A stretch of DNA of 63,179 nucleotides, counting the filler, from Neolecta irregularis DAH-3 (lineage: Eukaryota): assembly GCA_001929475.1 (NCBI GenBank). It is 4 parts of 4 records of this genome, joined end to end, with 100 filler letters (N's around TTAATTAATTAA, not from the genome) between each part and the next. Parts side by side here need not be neighbours in the genome. Positions count along the whole stretch, not along the records: positions 1 to 22,485 come from LXFE01002958.1; positions 22,586 to 48,022 come from LXFE01000280.1; 2 more parts are not named here. One strand, given 5' to 3'. The notes below the pieces were generated by a model. The model was not told the origin of the DNA. It worked only from the letters and a program-made list of their open reading frames with translations, and searched no databases. The number at the start of each line of letters is the position of its first letter. Within the stretch, counting starts at the first letter, position 1. Shown here piece after piece: positions 14,032-27,641 of the stretch. The translations under genes were made by a program, and so were the position numbers.

Positions 14032-15070
14032 CTATACAAAGTTTGCTACACCTAGAAAATTTGTTAGCACCCAAGAGGAGATGACGGGAGCATACTCTTC
14101 AACCAGTTCAGGTACTCCTTTTGATCTTTTTGTACACAATATTCTGGAAGGAACGAAGCCATGGCAGTGTTGATTCCACGCACCTCAAGGTATCCTTCGA
14201 AAAGTGTTTGGATTTCCTGGTCGATCATGCGGAAATCAGGTCCAGGATAAAGCACTTGACGCTGATATTGCCCTTCGGCGGATTCGTAGGGAGCAATCTT
14301 GTTGGGGTTCATGAAAGAGACCGAATCGATTATGAATACTCCTTCATGAGCCGTAGTTTCAAATAAAAGTGAACCAGAGTTGGGCTGGGTTCTGATAAGT
14401 AGAGTTTACAATAATATGCTCAAACCTTTTCAACGAGGATCGAGCAATGTAAGGGGAAAGAGCGCGATTCTTCATCCTCATCCTCGTCGTCGTTCTCGTT
14501 CTCGTTCTTGTTCTCATCCTCATCTTCATCTGATTCCTCATCTGACTGGGCAGGTCGTCGAGCTGGCTTGCTTTCTTCATCTTCATCTTCATCCTCTAAT
14601 TCATCTTCAAATCTATCCAAATCATCATCCTGGCCGCGAGATTGGAGATCAGATATGTCAAAAGTAATTTTAATGCTGAGTTGATTAATATATTACTTAA
14701 AGTCACGGGGACATACTTTTCATTTCCATATTGTCGGGTGAGGGTAACTACACCATGGCCCTCTGTGTCATGAATTTTAAAAGGGCTGTTCTTGAAAAAC
14801 TCCTCAAAGCCACTTAGCTCGTCGAGTGTTTCTCTCATTTGCTTCTCATATGATATTTCTGACTGGAGTTTTGATTTTAATTGCGCTTCGACTTTTTTTA
14901 GCAAGATTTTACCCAGAGATGTATTTACCTGAGCTGGCATATCGAACTTGGCATGTTGAAAAGCAAGATGTCGATGGTTTGTAGAGCGTAGACGTGGACG
15001 GTCTAGTCAATGATGATATGAATGGCCTGACTGAGGTGGTTCGAATAGCTTTTCTAGCGATGGAATACAT
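14032..15070 (-). CDS. MAM33: Mitochondrial acidic matrix protein Mam33/p32 family
   Basis: Arg/Ser-rich presequence, LQSEISYE, VTLTRQYGNE, acidic tract, YPGPDF..YLEVRGIN..KEYLNWL. Confidence 0.88.
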
Positions 15071-15908
15071 GGCGGCTAAGCGGACGAGAGTGGATGAGAT
15101 TTCAGAAAATTTAAATATTACTACTAAAAGTCACCGTTTGAGGAATATACATGAATTTGTAAAAGAGTACCGCAAATCTATGATGGAATATTATTGATAG
15201 ATATTTCAAGCCGTACTATATATTTCTCAGCGTTTTCGTCTTTGATATATAGTATGATGTGTAATAACTGTATAGAGAAAATTTCTGGTGAAGAATTTGA
15301 GAGAATAGCGAAACCCACTGGTTCTGATCACTGTGATATATATCTACACATAAAAGTGCTGGAAACTATCTATTGTTTTAAATCATTCTCTGTCGCAAGA
15401 GTGAGGTGGAAAAAGCTCGGCTGGAAATTTCTTTGCTAGAAAAACCATGCGTCCAAATGACCGAAATTTTTGAATTCTACAGTTTGAATGGCCACTTTAA
15501 GCGCAAAGAACGACATTTTTCTTGAATCTTATACTTGAATGTTGACTGAATTTGATATTCATTAAATGAGATTCGATATATCTGTGCCAACAATACAAGT
15601 TTACAGTTGGTCTGAGCAAGTCTCTTGAATAAATCTAGATACTATTTTAATAACGAGCTTGCTTTTTTAAGGACTGTTGTTGATTGGATTATATATATGG
15701 CGATGAAAAATATTTTCCTTGGTCATGAGATCCGATATTAAAATTCACGAATGCATTTCTCATTAGACCAACTAGGTAAATTATATATACGATCACGGTA
15801 ATAGTAGAAATGGAATACAAATTGCGTGTGGTAATAACTTGATCCGACGCATCAAATTCACCGACTCACAACCGCACTTTAGTCTCATACCCGCGACTTT
15901 AGGTTAAT

Positions 15909-16433
15909 ATGAAGCTCGTTCGGTAGAGGTTGCGCTGCACGGTCATTGCTAAAGATCCAGATTTTTAATGAAGTTGACGAATGAGAGTGTTCAAATTGAA
16001 CTGAAGAATGGTATTTCCATGATCAAATTTTCCACATCGACTTATGGGGAAATCAGGAACTGTCGTCAACGGGACGATTACTGCGGTTGATATGCAAATG
16101 TAAGAGCGATTTTCCCAAATGCAGGGGTATTGAAGATGTAGGAACACGCATGTCAAAAATGTCAAAATGACTGTCAGAGGTCGGGATCCGATTTCTCTCG
16201 ACACCTTGTCTATTCGAGGGAATAATATTCGCTATTTTATCCTACCAGACTCGCTACCTCTAGACACACTGCTGATCGACGATACGCCCAAACCGAAAAG
16301 ACGAACAAAAGAGGGTGCGTCTGCTGTTTCGTGCTAGTTTTTGTGCTGACGAGTCGGTTTAGGACCACGTGGACGGGGTCGAGGCCGTGGAAGAGGCCGT
16401 GGGGCGCCCAGAGGCCGAGGCCGAGGGTTTTAG
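15909..16433 (+). CDS. SMD1: Small nuclear ribonucleoprotein Sm D1
   Basis: Spliced [49 protein letters not shown] plus GR-repeat tail. Confidence 0.95.
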
Positions 16434-16804
16434 GGACAGAATACGGTAAAGATTGTATAAAATCCGCTGTTTGTGAGTAAGAGTGGATGCATTCGAGACG
16501 TTAAATATTGATCTGTCTGTTTCCATCTTCCTTGCCAATAACGACTATATTCCTGCTAGTGAGATGCAGAATCTACTGCCGCAATCCATCTGCTGCTCTA
16601 TATCGCATCTTCAAAAAAGCCATAAATGGGGCAATTTTCCTAAAAAGGCGAAATCTGGTGGACTCTCAAAAGTGCGACAAAACGAAATGGCGCGCCTTGA
16701 TCCGAGTTCGCGCCAAATTCGTACATAAATCAACAACCACCACCCACCCGCGCACCACCTCCCCAATCTGATCTCCTCTATTTTGCTATTCGGAAATCTA
16801 AAAC

Positions 16805-17578
16805 ATGCCCCCAAAGAAATCGCCTAAATCCATAAAAAAGGCCACCTCCCAGGCGGACCATCCTGCATGGAAAGACATGGTTGCCCAGGGAATCCAGCAG
16901 GTACGTTGTCTTTGTCGCATTGTCGTTGATGTCGCAATAGCTTAAAGAACGCCATGGTTCTAGCAGACCAGCCCTCAAGAAGTTTATTGCCTCTAACTTC
17001 AAGATCAATCCAGACAGTCTCGATGTACAATTCAATATGGCGATTCGAAGAGGCGTCGCACATGGTCTCTTTGTCTTTCCCAAAGGTTTTTCGCATCGAT
17101 ATATACAGTAACTAAGTTCACAGGGCCCTCTGGTGCCGTAAAATTGGCAAAGAAGGAAACTGCTGGTTCTGCCGAAAAGAAGACGGTTGTTGACAAGGTA
17201 CGTAACACTTCGCATGTTGACTTATGCCATAGAAACCAGCATCAAAGAAGACTCCCCCTACCAAGATTCCATCTACCAAAACTACAACTAAAAACCCAGT
17301 TGCAAAGAAAGCTATTGTCTCTAGAAAGGCGCCTACCGCCAAGAAACCGGTCGCGAAGAAACCTGGTGCAATGAATACACCAGTAAGTTCTTTTATATAA
17401 TAGCAAAGTTGCTTACTGTCAGACAAAGAAATCTGGTACTATGCACAAGATGGCCGAATCGACGCCTGTCGTCAAGACTAAATCAGGACGCGTATCAAAA
17501 CCCGCGGTAATATCTCAAAAAAAGAGTGCGACATCCGCGAAGAAGCCTTCACCCCGTAAATCACCAAAGAAGGCTTGA
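16805..17578 (+). CDS. Linker histone H1
   Basis: Globular domain HPAWKDMV..LKERHGSSRPALKKFI..FVFPKGPSGAVKLAKK followed by a K/A/P/T-rich tail. Confidence 0.9.
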
Positions 17579-17891
17579 TTAATCTCTTTCATCTTCTCTT
17601 TTCCGCGGTTGTGTATTACTGCTGCCTCTCCATTTTCTCTTCTCCATCGTTGTGTATTACTACTACCTCGTCCACCTTGTAATCACAAGAATTATCCATT
17701 TTCTGTACAAAGTGATTTCTCTTTTGTTTTCCTGTCAAAGTCGTCTTGTAAATAGACCCTCATATTTCCTAGGGATTGATATTCCTCTGTTTTATTTATG
17801 TGGTGATACGATATCAAATATACATAATTCTGTGATTTTTTATTGGTTAATGATACAGATCAAGACTTGAAAATGAAAACATATTATGCTT

Positions 17892-18984
17892 TTAGACGCG
17901 TTCTGGGGACTTGTAACGCGTACGATAATTATCTACATCTTTCTGAAGATCAGCCAACTGAGCAGCTAAATCCGATGCTGGTGATATCGCGCTTGTATCG
18001 AGATATGGCGACCTTCGTGGTGGCGGGAGTGGTGCTGCTGTAGAAGTGCGTTTGGAAAAAGGAATAGATATGGGTAGTTGTGAGTTTGATACTGCCACTT
18101 TTTCTGAAGATCGATGCCGGTTATGTGGAGGAACGGGAGCTTGAGATCGACCTGGGCTTTGTGAAATTTGGTTTCTGGACGCTGGTGGGATAACAGATGG
18201 TATGATTACGGGCTGCGGGCTTCTTATTGGAGGAGTAGGCGGTCGTCTTCGTGTTGAAGATGATCTTGACGTGCTTTTACCCTGCTGTTTGACTGATTCT
18301 GTTGCGAATGAAGGCTGGATAGCGTTCGAGATACGCGCAGTAACCATTTTCACAAAAGTATCGTGATCAATCTTGTTTGGTGTTTCATGGGGAGAAGGAC
18401 TTTGGGTGGTAAAACGACGAAAGGGGTTCTTGTTGGATGGATTATGAGAAAGACTTCTTGCTCGTTCGATCTCGGTATTATTATTTGGTGTTGGGCTGGT
18501 CAAAGATCGATGGCGTTGGGGTGGATTAGAAGTGGAAATTGGATTCACGGTACGCAACTTTGATCTTGGAGAACCGTGAAAGAGTAGTGCAGCTGGAACC
18601 GGAGCTGTATGGTAAACTTCTATTTCAAAAGCATAAATACCTTGAATGTGAATTAATGAGGTATCGACGAGCTCTCCTTGACTGACATGACCTGCCAATC
18701 GAAAAAGAGCATAAAACCCGGCTCTGTCTAGGCCATCTGTATGTTCCACGGCGTTTATCAACTACAAATCAGCCTGCTGATCTCCCATAGAATACCTCTG
18801 TCAATTCCTCAAGGTTCAAGTCCAGTCTCCGCAATATATTCAATACTTTACTCAGTGGCACAATCTCGGACGACCGTCCTTCCGCGTCGCAAGACTCTAA
18901 AGCCCGTTCAAAAGCAGCACTATACGAACGGAGTTCTTCGCCAGTAAGTTCCGAAGACTCCAGACTCAAATTGCCGTTCATCAT
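17892..18984 (-). CDS. Hypothetical protein with N-terminal EH-like domain and Pro/Ser-rich C-terminus
   Basis: EELRSYSAAF..VLNILRRLDL..GLDRAGFYALFRLAGHVSQG resembles an EH fold; PPxPP-rich tail. Confidence 0.55.
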
Positions 18985-19189
18985 GGAGGTCAAGTTTAGT
19001 TTTTCGCGATATGGTTCGGAACTTACAGCTTGTCTTTACAAAGACGTCAATACCCCGGATCGGACGCACATGCCCCGGTGCCCATCTCGATAATTTAAAA
19101 CAACACTAAATATCCTGCAAATTCATCTACTACTTGAACAAGTCTATGTACAGATCAGAGTTGGTAGTTTGTAAATATATATAGAAAAA

Positions 19190-19214
19190 ACGCGGGACGC
19201 GGTTCGGTTCGCGT
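19190..19214. promoter_or_regulatory. Cluster of MCB-like (ACGCG) elements upstream of RAD54
   Basis: ACGCGGGACGCGGTTCGGTTCGCGT contains three CGCG cores about 70-90 bp before the RAD54 ATG; MBF control of repair genes is established in yeasts. Confidence 0.5.
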
Positions 19215-19280
19215 CCGATTGTCAATCCAAAAGTCCTCGCCACATTTAATAGATTCCTTTTATTTAAAACAACCTTTTGA

Positions 19281-21885
19281 ATGCGCAAGAAACCCGTTCC
19301 TGTCGCTTTTGAACCGCAGTTCATCAATACACCAACTCAACCTGCTGGAGATATTCTTGCGAAACCATTCAAAGTTCCAGGTTCTGCTACTCGTTTAACG
19401 ACCCGCGATCAACCCGCCCGCAAACGCCGTAAAATCAGTTATACAGAGGCCGCGGTAGATATTAGTGATAACGCGGGCGATGATTCAACGTTTTTTGATC
19501 CTAAAAGGCTACCATTGGTCGAGTTCGACGTGAATAAATTCCCCGTCTTTAGACCGTCCAAGGATCGCGGTTTCATATTTAAACAGAAATTCACAATTCC
19601 AGTATCAAAAACAAACGTCAAACCCCAATTTATTCTCCCCAATCGTCCTTCACCGTCTCTTGGTATGCGACGTAAGGCCAATTTTGTTCCGCGACCTTTA
19701 CATGATCCGAGCGGTGAATTCGCTATTGTCCTTTACGATCCTACGATCGATGATATCCAGGAAGAAAAGATTGAAAGTGAAGTTGCACAAGAGGAAAAAC
19801 CTGTATCAAAAGTGCACAAGTCGTTGGCAGAAATCCTAGGTTTAAAGAAAGATAATGCGCCTCCCGCAAAAGTCGCAGTTGTGATTGACCCTCGTCTTGC
19901 CAAAGTTCTACGGCCGCATCAGGTTGAGGGTGTTAAAGTATGTCTTCCCCTGATTAAACTTTAACAATTGTCTAGTTTCTGTACAAATGTGTTACTGGGA
20001 TGATTGATAAACGTGCAAACGGGTGCATCATGGCGGACGAAATGGGTCTCGGGAAAACTGTATATCCTCTCATAAAGTTGACTAATCTGTAGCTTCAATG
20101 TATCACACTCATGTGGACGCTGCTCAAGCAATCGACAGAAGGCGGCAAACATACAATTGAAAAATGCATCATTGCGTGTCCATCATCTCTTGTGCGCAAC
20201 TGGGCGAACGAGTTGGTCAAATGGCTTGGAAAGGATACTGTCACGCCGTTGGCGGTTGATGGCAAAAGTACAAAAGCTCAATTAGTTGAATCGTTTCAAC
20301 AATGGGCAACTGCTCACGGCCGCAACGTCGTTAGACCTGGTATTATGCGAGTTGTATGTGCTGACTCTAGTTTTGATTATTTCTTATGAAACTTTACGGT
20401 TAAATGTTTCGGCTCTTGAGGGACATGAGATTGGACTGTTGTTGTGTGACGAAGGCCACCGTCTCAAGAATGGGGAATCCCAGACTTTTACCGCACTGAA
20501 CTCTCTCAATGTTCGGCGACGAGTAATTCTCTCGGGAACGCCTATACAAAACGACCTATCCGAGTATTTTTCCCTGCTCAACTTTGCGAATCCAGGTTTA
20601 CTTGGCACTCGCAATGACTTTAGAAAGAATTTCGAGTTGCCGATTTTAAAGGGTCGAGACGCGGATGGTACAGATAAAGATCGAGAAAAGGGAGATCAAA
20701 AATTGCAGGAACTGTCTGCTCTCGTCAATCGCTTTATTATTCGACGGACAAATGAAATTTTATCGAAATATCTGCCGGTAAAATATGAACACGTTGTTTT
20801 TTGTAAACTGTCTCCTTTTCAGAATGCACTTTACGAGCATTTCATCACGTCTCCGGAAATAAAAAAATTGCTAAAGGGTGTTGGATCTCAGCCGTTGAAA
20901 GCTATTGGTTTATTGAAAAAGTTGTGCAATCACCCAGATTTGTTGGATTTACCACAAGACATTGAGGGTTCTGAAAACCTTTTACCCGATGACTTTGTTG
21001 GACGGGACTCTCGAGGAAGGGACCGCGATGTCAAGACGTGGTATTCTGGAAAATTTCTGGTTCTTGATCGGTAAGGAATATAAAGGTCATGCTGATGTGT
21101 AGTATGCTTACTAGGATTCGACAAGATACAAATGACAAGATTGTGTTGATTAGCAATTACACGCAGACACTGGATTTGTTTGAAAGGATGTGTCGGGCGA
21201 GGAGGTAGAGTCTCCAATTTGCAACAGACTAACAGTAGATACGGCTGTTTACGTCTCGATGGGTCGATGAACGTCAATAAACGTCAAAAATTGGTTGACA
21301 AGTTTAATGACCCAGAAGGAGACGAATTTATCTTTTTATTGAGTAGCAAGGCGGGTGGATGTGGGCTCAATTTGATTGGTGCAAATCGGCTTATTCTGTT
21401 TGACCCAGGTATATTTAAATTCAAATAAGCGAGATTGATTGATAAAAGATTGGAATCCCGCGGCTGACCAGCAGGCGCTTGCTCGAGTATGGCGAGATGG
21501 GCAACGCAAGGATTGTTTTGTATACCGATTCATTGCTACTGGGACGATTGAAGAAAAGATCTTTCAGCGTCAGTCTCACAAACAATCGCTTTCGTCTTGT
21601 GTGGTTGACGAAGCACAAGACGTTGAAAGGCACTTTTCACTTGACAACCTTCGACAGTTGTTTGAATACCAAAAGGGTACTGTGTGCGAGACGCACGAAA
21701 CGTTTAAATGCAAACGATGCAAAAATGGAAAGCAGTTTGTCAAGGCGCCCGCTTTTCTCTATGGAGATACGAGCAGCTGGAACCATTTTACGAATGGGTG
21801 TTTGGAAAAGATTCAGGACCTGCTGTTGAGGCAGGAGACGGGAATAGCGGATGTCAGCTTTGTATTCCAGTACATTTCGCATTAA
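19281..21885 (+). CDS. RAD54: DNA repair translocase Rad54 (SNF2 family)
   Basis: [86 protein letters not shown]. Confidence 0.97.
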
Positions 21886-21955
21886 CAGCAGATGGGTAGT
21901 GATTAGGCCGAATAGGTGGAGCATATCTACAAAACAACAGATGCATACACATGTG

Positions 21956-22402
21956 TCAATGTTCGACCTTTGTCTGGGCAATGGCATTGAGCTTTTGCTG
22001 GTAGGCGTGTGTGGGGATGTGTTTCTTGACGGGGCGAACCTCGTCTGGCGCATAGCCGGGCACCCTGATGCCCCAGTTGCGTTCGAGATGGAGCTGGACA
22101 TCTTTTACGTCTAGCGTAGTAGACTTTCGGTGTTTAGCAAGACGGCAGGCAAAAGTGATGACCGAGTCGATGAACTCGTCTGCCACGTCCAACAGGAACT
22201 GGGAGGTGAGTAAGTTTTTTGAAGGTTAGATCTAAGAGAGTGCATACATCTTCGACGTGGGGGTCCAATCGCTCGTGGGGGTCAATTTGCTGCACCAGCT
22301 CTTGCAACTTGCGTTTGCCGAGAACGCGATTCGGATTGTCCACTTCGTAGTGTGGCGGCCGTGTGGCTGGGGCTGTGGCGAGCAGGGGGTGCGGGCCGCC
22401 AC
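21956..22402 (-). CDS. TAF12: TFIID subunit TAF12, 5' end lost in gap
   Basis: [61 protein letters not shown] histone fold. Confidence 0.93.
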
Positions 22403-22485
22403 NNNNNNNNNNGTACGTTATTGCACACCTTGCCGCCTCGTGATTGCTTGAGATCGCGGTGCGATTCAACCATTCGTCGTGCGAG

Positions 22486-22584
22486 NNNNNNNNNNNNNNN
22501 NNNNNNNNNNNNNNNNNNNNNNNNNNNNNTTAATTAATTAANNNNNNNNNNNNNNNNNNNNNNNNNNNNNNNNNNNNNNNNNNN
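22486..22584. other. Artificial contig spacer (N-run, TTAATTAATTAA, N-run)
   Basis: The same six-frame-stop 12-mer embedded in Ns occurs three times in the window. Confidence 0.95.
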
Positions 22585-23454
22585 NTGTGGCGTTGACCAA
22601 AAAGGTAATATTTTATTTCACTGTGGCGGCGAACGCGGTTAGTGGCGTTTACGAAGAATATAGTTCGCAAAATGTTAATTTCCACCAACAAGTATGATAT
22701 TCCCTGTTTTAGAAAATGGAGATATTCTTTTTGTGTGGCTGGCGAACGCAGCCTTAGAGATCTATAGTACTTTGGTATCGCTTGTCACAGGAAAAAACCC
22801 GTGGCTTTTCCGGGCACTAACACTGACAGAGAAGTTTACGCTGGGAGACTAGGTGCTGCTATCGACCAGAAATTTGACGCCAAAGGATGGCAATATAAGA
22901 AACTTTTTGCCCAGGCAGATAGGGCCATTCCCAATTGTGCATGTTGGGAGCAGTAAAAATTATGGAGTGAGATTGCCGAGTAACATGAAATGAATGAAAT
23001 CATCTTTGTGCAAAAATAATTGTTCACGAACAAGCTTCGTTTTCGTTATTGTCTTCATAATCTGAGTACTATAAATTCAATAGGTTCTATTCTTCAGAGA
23101 TCATCCTCAAACATCATTTTTATTTGTCCAGCAATCAGGGTGCTACATGCCTTCATCCGTTACGCCGTCGCCATCACAGAAGGATCTCTTTTCCTGCAAA
23201 TATAAATTATTTGGTTATTACAGGCTTGAAGTATCGGGTTAAGTTATAACAGTTAAGAAACCCGCAAATTGTCTAAAAGAAATATCTGTTAGCAGGATTT
23301 CAAGTTGCATAGGTATTCCTGAGAGGTGACGCCTAAACCATTCAGCCATGCTGCCCTTGCAATTCTTCTTTGCAATAAGTAAGCTAGAGCTATACTAAAG
23401 TAATATAGGTCTAAATCTTTGGATACATCAAAAATGAACGGAATAAAAGTCTGT

Positions 23455-23536
23455 CGACAACAGCAGGATTTGAACCTGCGCGGGAAAATCCCATGAGATT
23501 TCTAGTCTCACGCCTTAACCGCTCGGCCATGTTGCC
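23455..23536 (-). tRNA. tRNA-Ser(AGA)
   Basis: GGCAACATGGCCGAGCGGTTAAGGCGTGAGACT-AGA-AATCTCA, long variable arm, GGTTCAAATCC, acceptor stem closes. Confidence 0.95.
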
Positions 23537-24157
23537 CTCAGATGTTTTCTGAGACAAATGAAATTATATTATTTAACGCAAATAAAGTGGACTATTTTGC
23601 AAGCCCTGTGACCAAGACCTTAACTGCAAGATTAACAATTTCCCCGCTCGTTCCATTCCGCTCAGATATTCCATTAGCATAATGTTAAAGACTTGAGAAT
23701 TTGAAGATCCGAAGCAATTATATGCTCTTCACTGTGGAAAGGGCAGATTCTAGTAGTTCTCAAATTTTTGAATGCTGAGTCCATGCGTGAGTCGCAATGA
23801 GGGATGTGAAATACTTTGACAAAAAGAGATATTAATGAGACAAGGTTAATGATGACAGAACAAGTTAACGTGTAGGTCCAAGACAAGAGTCCGTATTTTC
23901 TTCTTCGCCATGACCAGTTGCATCCTGTGGCAATGGAGAGCTCCAACCGAGACTGAAGCGACGATGTATGTGGAGGGCGGTTGGGCTAGACGTGGGTGTC
24001 AATGCCCACTCAAGAACCGAAAGAACGGCCGAGGATGCTTCACCTACACAAGCGCCGGCTAGCATGTTTTAGCGCAGAGCAGGGATTGGCCACAAACGCT
24101 ACACCACATTTGCCTCCGGATCTCACCGTACACCCAGATTTCTGTACTTGCTCCTTC

Positions 24158-26065
24158 ATGGCTGCTGCTATTTTGCCCTCGTCCCGCTCAACCATTGCGT
24201 CCACCGCGTTTTCCGCACTTAAACACCCGTTTAGTGTGCCTGTTACGCCGCCTGCAAGTCCGCCGTTGCTGCTCAAGAAAACAGTGCTGCATCCCCCTGA
24301 CCGGCATCCGCTGCTGCAAGCGAGTCCTGCTGTCCGGGGCGTGTCTGCATCTGTTCTTGCAAATGCATATATCCAGTCGTTGCAGGAACCCCTTCCCGAG
24401 TCAAACACCGTCTTTCCCTGGCTGCATGGCCTCCATCCGCACAACCTCCTCCAGCTGCAGTTCCTCACCGCCATAAACACAGACATGCTCAATCCGCCGC
24501 CCGTTAGAGGCCTCACAGTCATCCACGTGGATGGTCCCGGACGGCTCATCATGTCCTTCAACCCAGACGACATCCTGCAAAAGGATCAAGACTTGTTCCT
24601 GGACGTGGATCCTGTGAAAGGCGTGGGTCTGAGAAACTTCAACATCCAGCACGTCAAATGGGCCACCGTGTCGGACATCGTGGTCTATGGCCGGAGCAAG
24701 AATGCAGTCATGGCGGTTGCTGCGCGGCTATCCGCTGCCCAGGCCCAGTGGAAGAATGACCACAACTCAGCCCTGACTTACTCCACATTCGTTGTCACTG
24801 GTATGACTCTCCTTGGAATAGGGGCACTTATTTCTGAGAACCATTTTCGGTCTTTGAATCCATGTTCCCTACTCTTTGTGGTCAGATAGAAAACGGAGCC
24901 ACCCCTTATAAGCTTGATTTCTTCAACACAGAGCGGGAGGAAATGCGTATTCTTACCGCTGCAACATCCATTGCCAACAACGTCGACCTGGGTAACTTTG
25001 CCGATTTTGAACTTAACGCTCGTGAGAGACGCTATAAAATATGCATCGAACCTTCTGATAGTGCCACAATCCCCACGATTGAGCGCCTTCAATCAGTGCT
25101 TAGCGCGCTCGACGGTTGCTCTACAGTACTATTTAGTTTTCCTGCATCGGCTAGCATTGAGGCAACTGAAACACATAAATTTGAAGGAATCGTTCGGAGC
25201 TGTAAGTGGTTGTATGACCGAGCCACGGAAGGATTCAAAATCCTAATTCATTGTGGGGATGGCTATACCGAATCCAGTCTCCTCGCCATCTGTTACTGTA
25301 TCTATGCATACGGGTGGTGCGTATCCGAAGCTTGGGTTAAACTCCACCGAGATCTTCGCCGGGACTTTTTCGCATTTCCAACCGATTTGAGGCTTGTAAA
25401 GGCTCTAGAACCGCATCTCCTAGCTGCATCGCCAAACTCCAAGGAAGCTATTCCCCATCCTGAATGGTTTTGTGAGCCTTTCAATGGGAGTTTTCCAAGT
25501 CGTATTTTACCTCATATGTACCTGGGAAATCTCCTGCATGCGAATAATCATGAAATGCTTCGACAGCTGGGGATTTCAAGGCTGTTGAGTGTGGGAGAAC
25601 AGGTCGCCTGGAGCGAGGCTGAAGGATTTGAAGTTATGTATCTTGATAATATTCAAGATGATGGGGTTGATAATCTTGCCCCGGCGCTGGAGGTTGCTCT
25701 TGCATTTCTTGGTACCAGCATTTATCATAAACCCCTGACTCTCTAGATGACGGGTATCGCAATGGTAAGATAACATTGGTCCATTGCCGTGTTGGAGTAT
25801 CCAGAAGCGCAAGTGTATGCATCGCGGAAATAGTCCGCAGAACAAGAATATCTTTGCCTAGAGCCTACTTGCAAGCTCGAGCGCGACGTAGGCTTCCTGC
25901 TAATTCAACGGGTAACATGTAGGTCTCAACATCATTTTGCAGCCCAACCTTCTCTTGATGTATGAGCTTCTTAAATGGGAAGAGCAAGAACTCGGCAAGC
26001 GAGAGCTTGGGTGGGCAGAAATGGCCCATGAAGTAGCTGAATTAAACAAAGTCTACATGGGATAA
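24158..26065 (+). CDS. Dual-specificity protein phosphatase, Pps1-like
   Basis: VFPWLHGLHP, LRNFNIQ, first domain HCGDGYTES, FPSRILPHMYLGNL, catalytic VHCRVGVSRS, LNIILQPNL. Confidence 0.88.
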
Positions 26066-26349
26066 AATTCGCTGGTTTGTTTTGGGTAACGGAGTATCGA
26101 TATGCATTAGACGAACGACGAATTTGGTTTTATCTGTTTTCTGATGTAAGATTTGAATGGCGAGTTTACCAGACTTCGTGTTGGGGCTGGTCAAAATACT
26201 CCACTCCACACCAATCTCCATTCCCATCGTCACAACATCTACATCTATACACCTTCTCTGCATCTTGCTTGCCGTTTATCTTGATATATCAGTACCTGTT
26301 TACCCCCTCGACACCCTTCAAACCACTCCTCTTATAGAGACACTACAGC

Positions 26350-27455
<1,106 letters not shown>

Positions 27456-27641
27456 AATAATGACGATAGCCCATTTTCTCTTATTTTGAGATTAGATTCT
27501 TAAGCTCTTGTGATCTCCTTATCAGAAGAATAAATTATTGGGAAAAGGTCAATATTCATTGTTATTTGCATTCAATATGGGGGTTACAATATCCGTATGA
27601 ATGAATTGCATTTATTCAACAACCAATTTGCTTCCTGTCTA

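Noticed and set aside
14470-14610. TCATCC/TCTTCA low-complexity repeats
   Set aside because: They encode the Asp/Glu tract of Mam33.
16362-16430. GGCCG(A/T) repeats
   Set aside because: They encode the normal GR tail of SmD1.
3126-21440. Idea of a strictly fixed branch-point-to-AG distance
   Set aside because: Putative distances vary from about 5 to 11 nt among UTP22, RPS20 and RAD54 introns; short but not fixed.
22530-22541. Palindromic TTAATTAATTAA recurring three times
   Set aside because: Always embedded in N-runs; a synthetic six-frame-stop contig linker, so adjacency across it is not biological.
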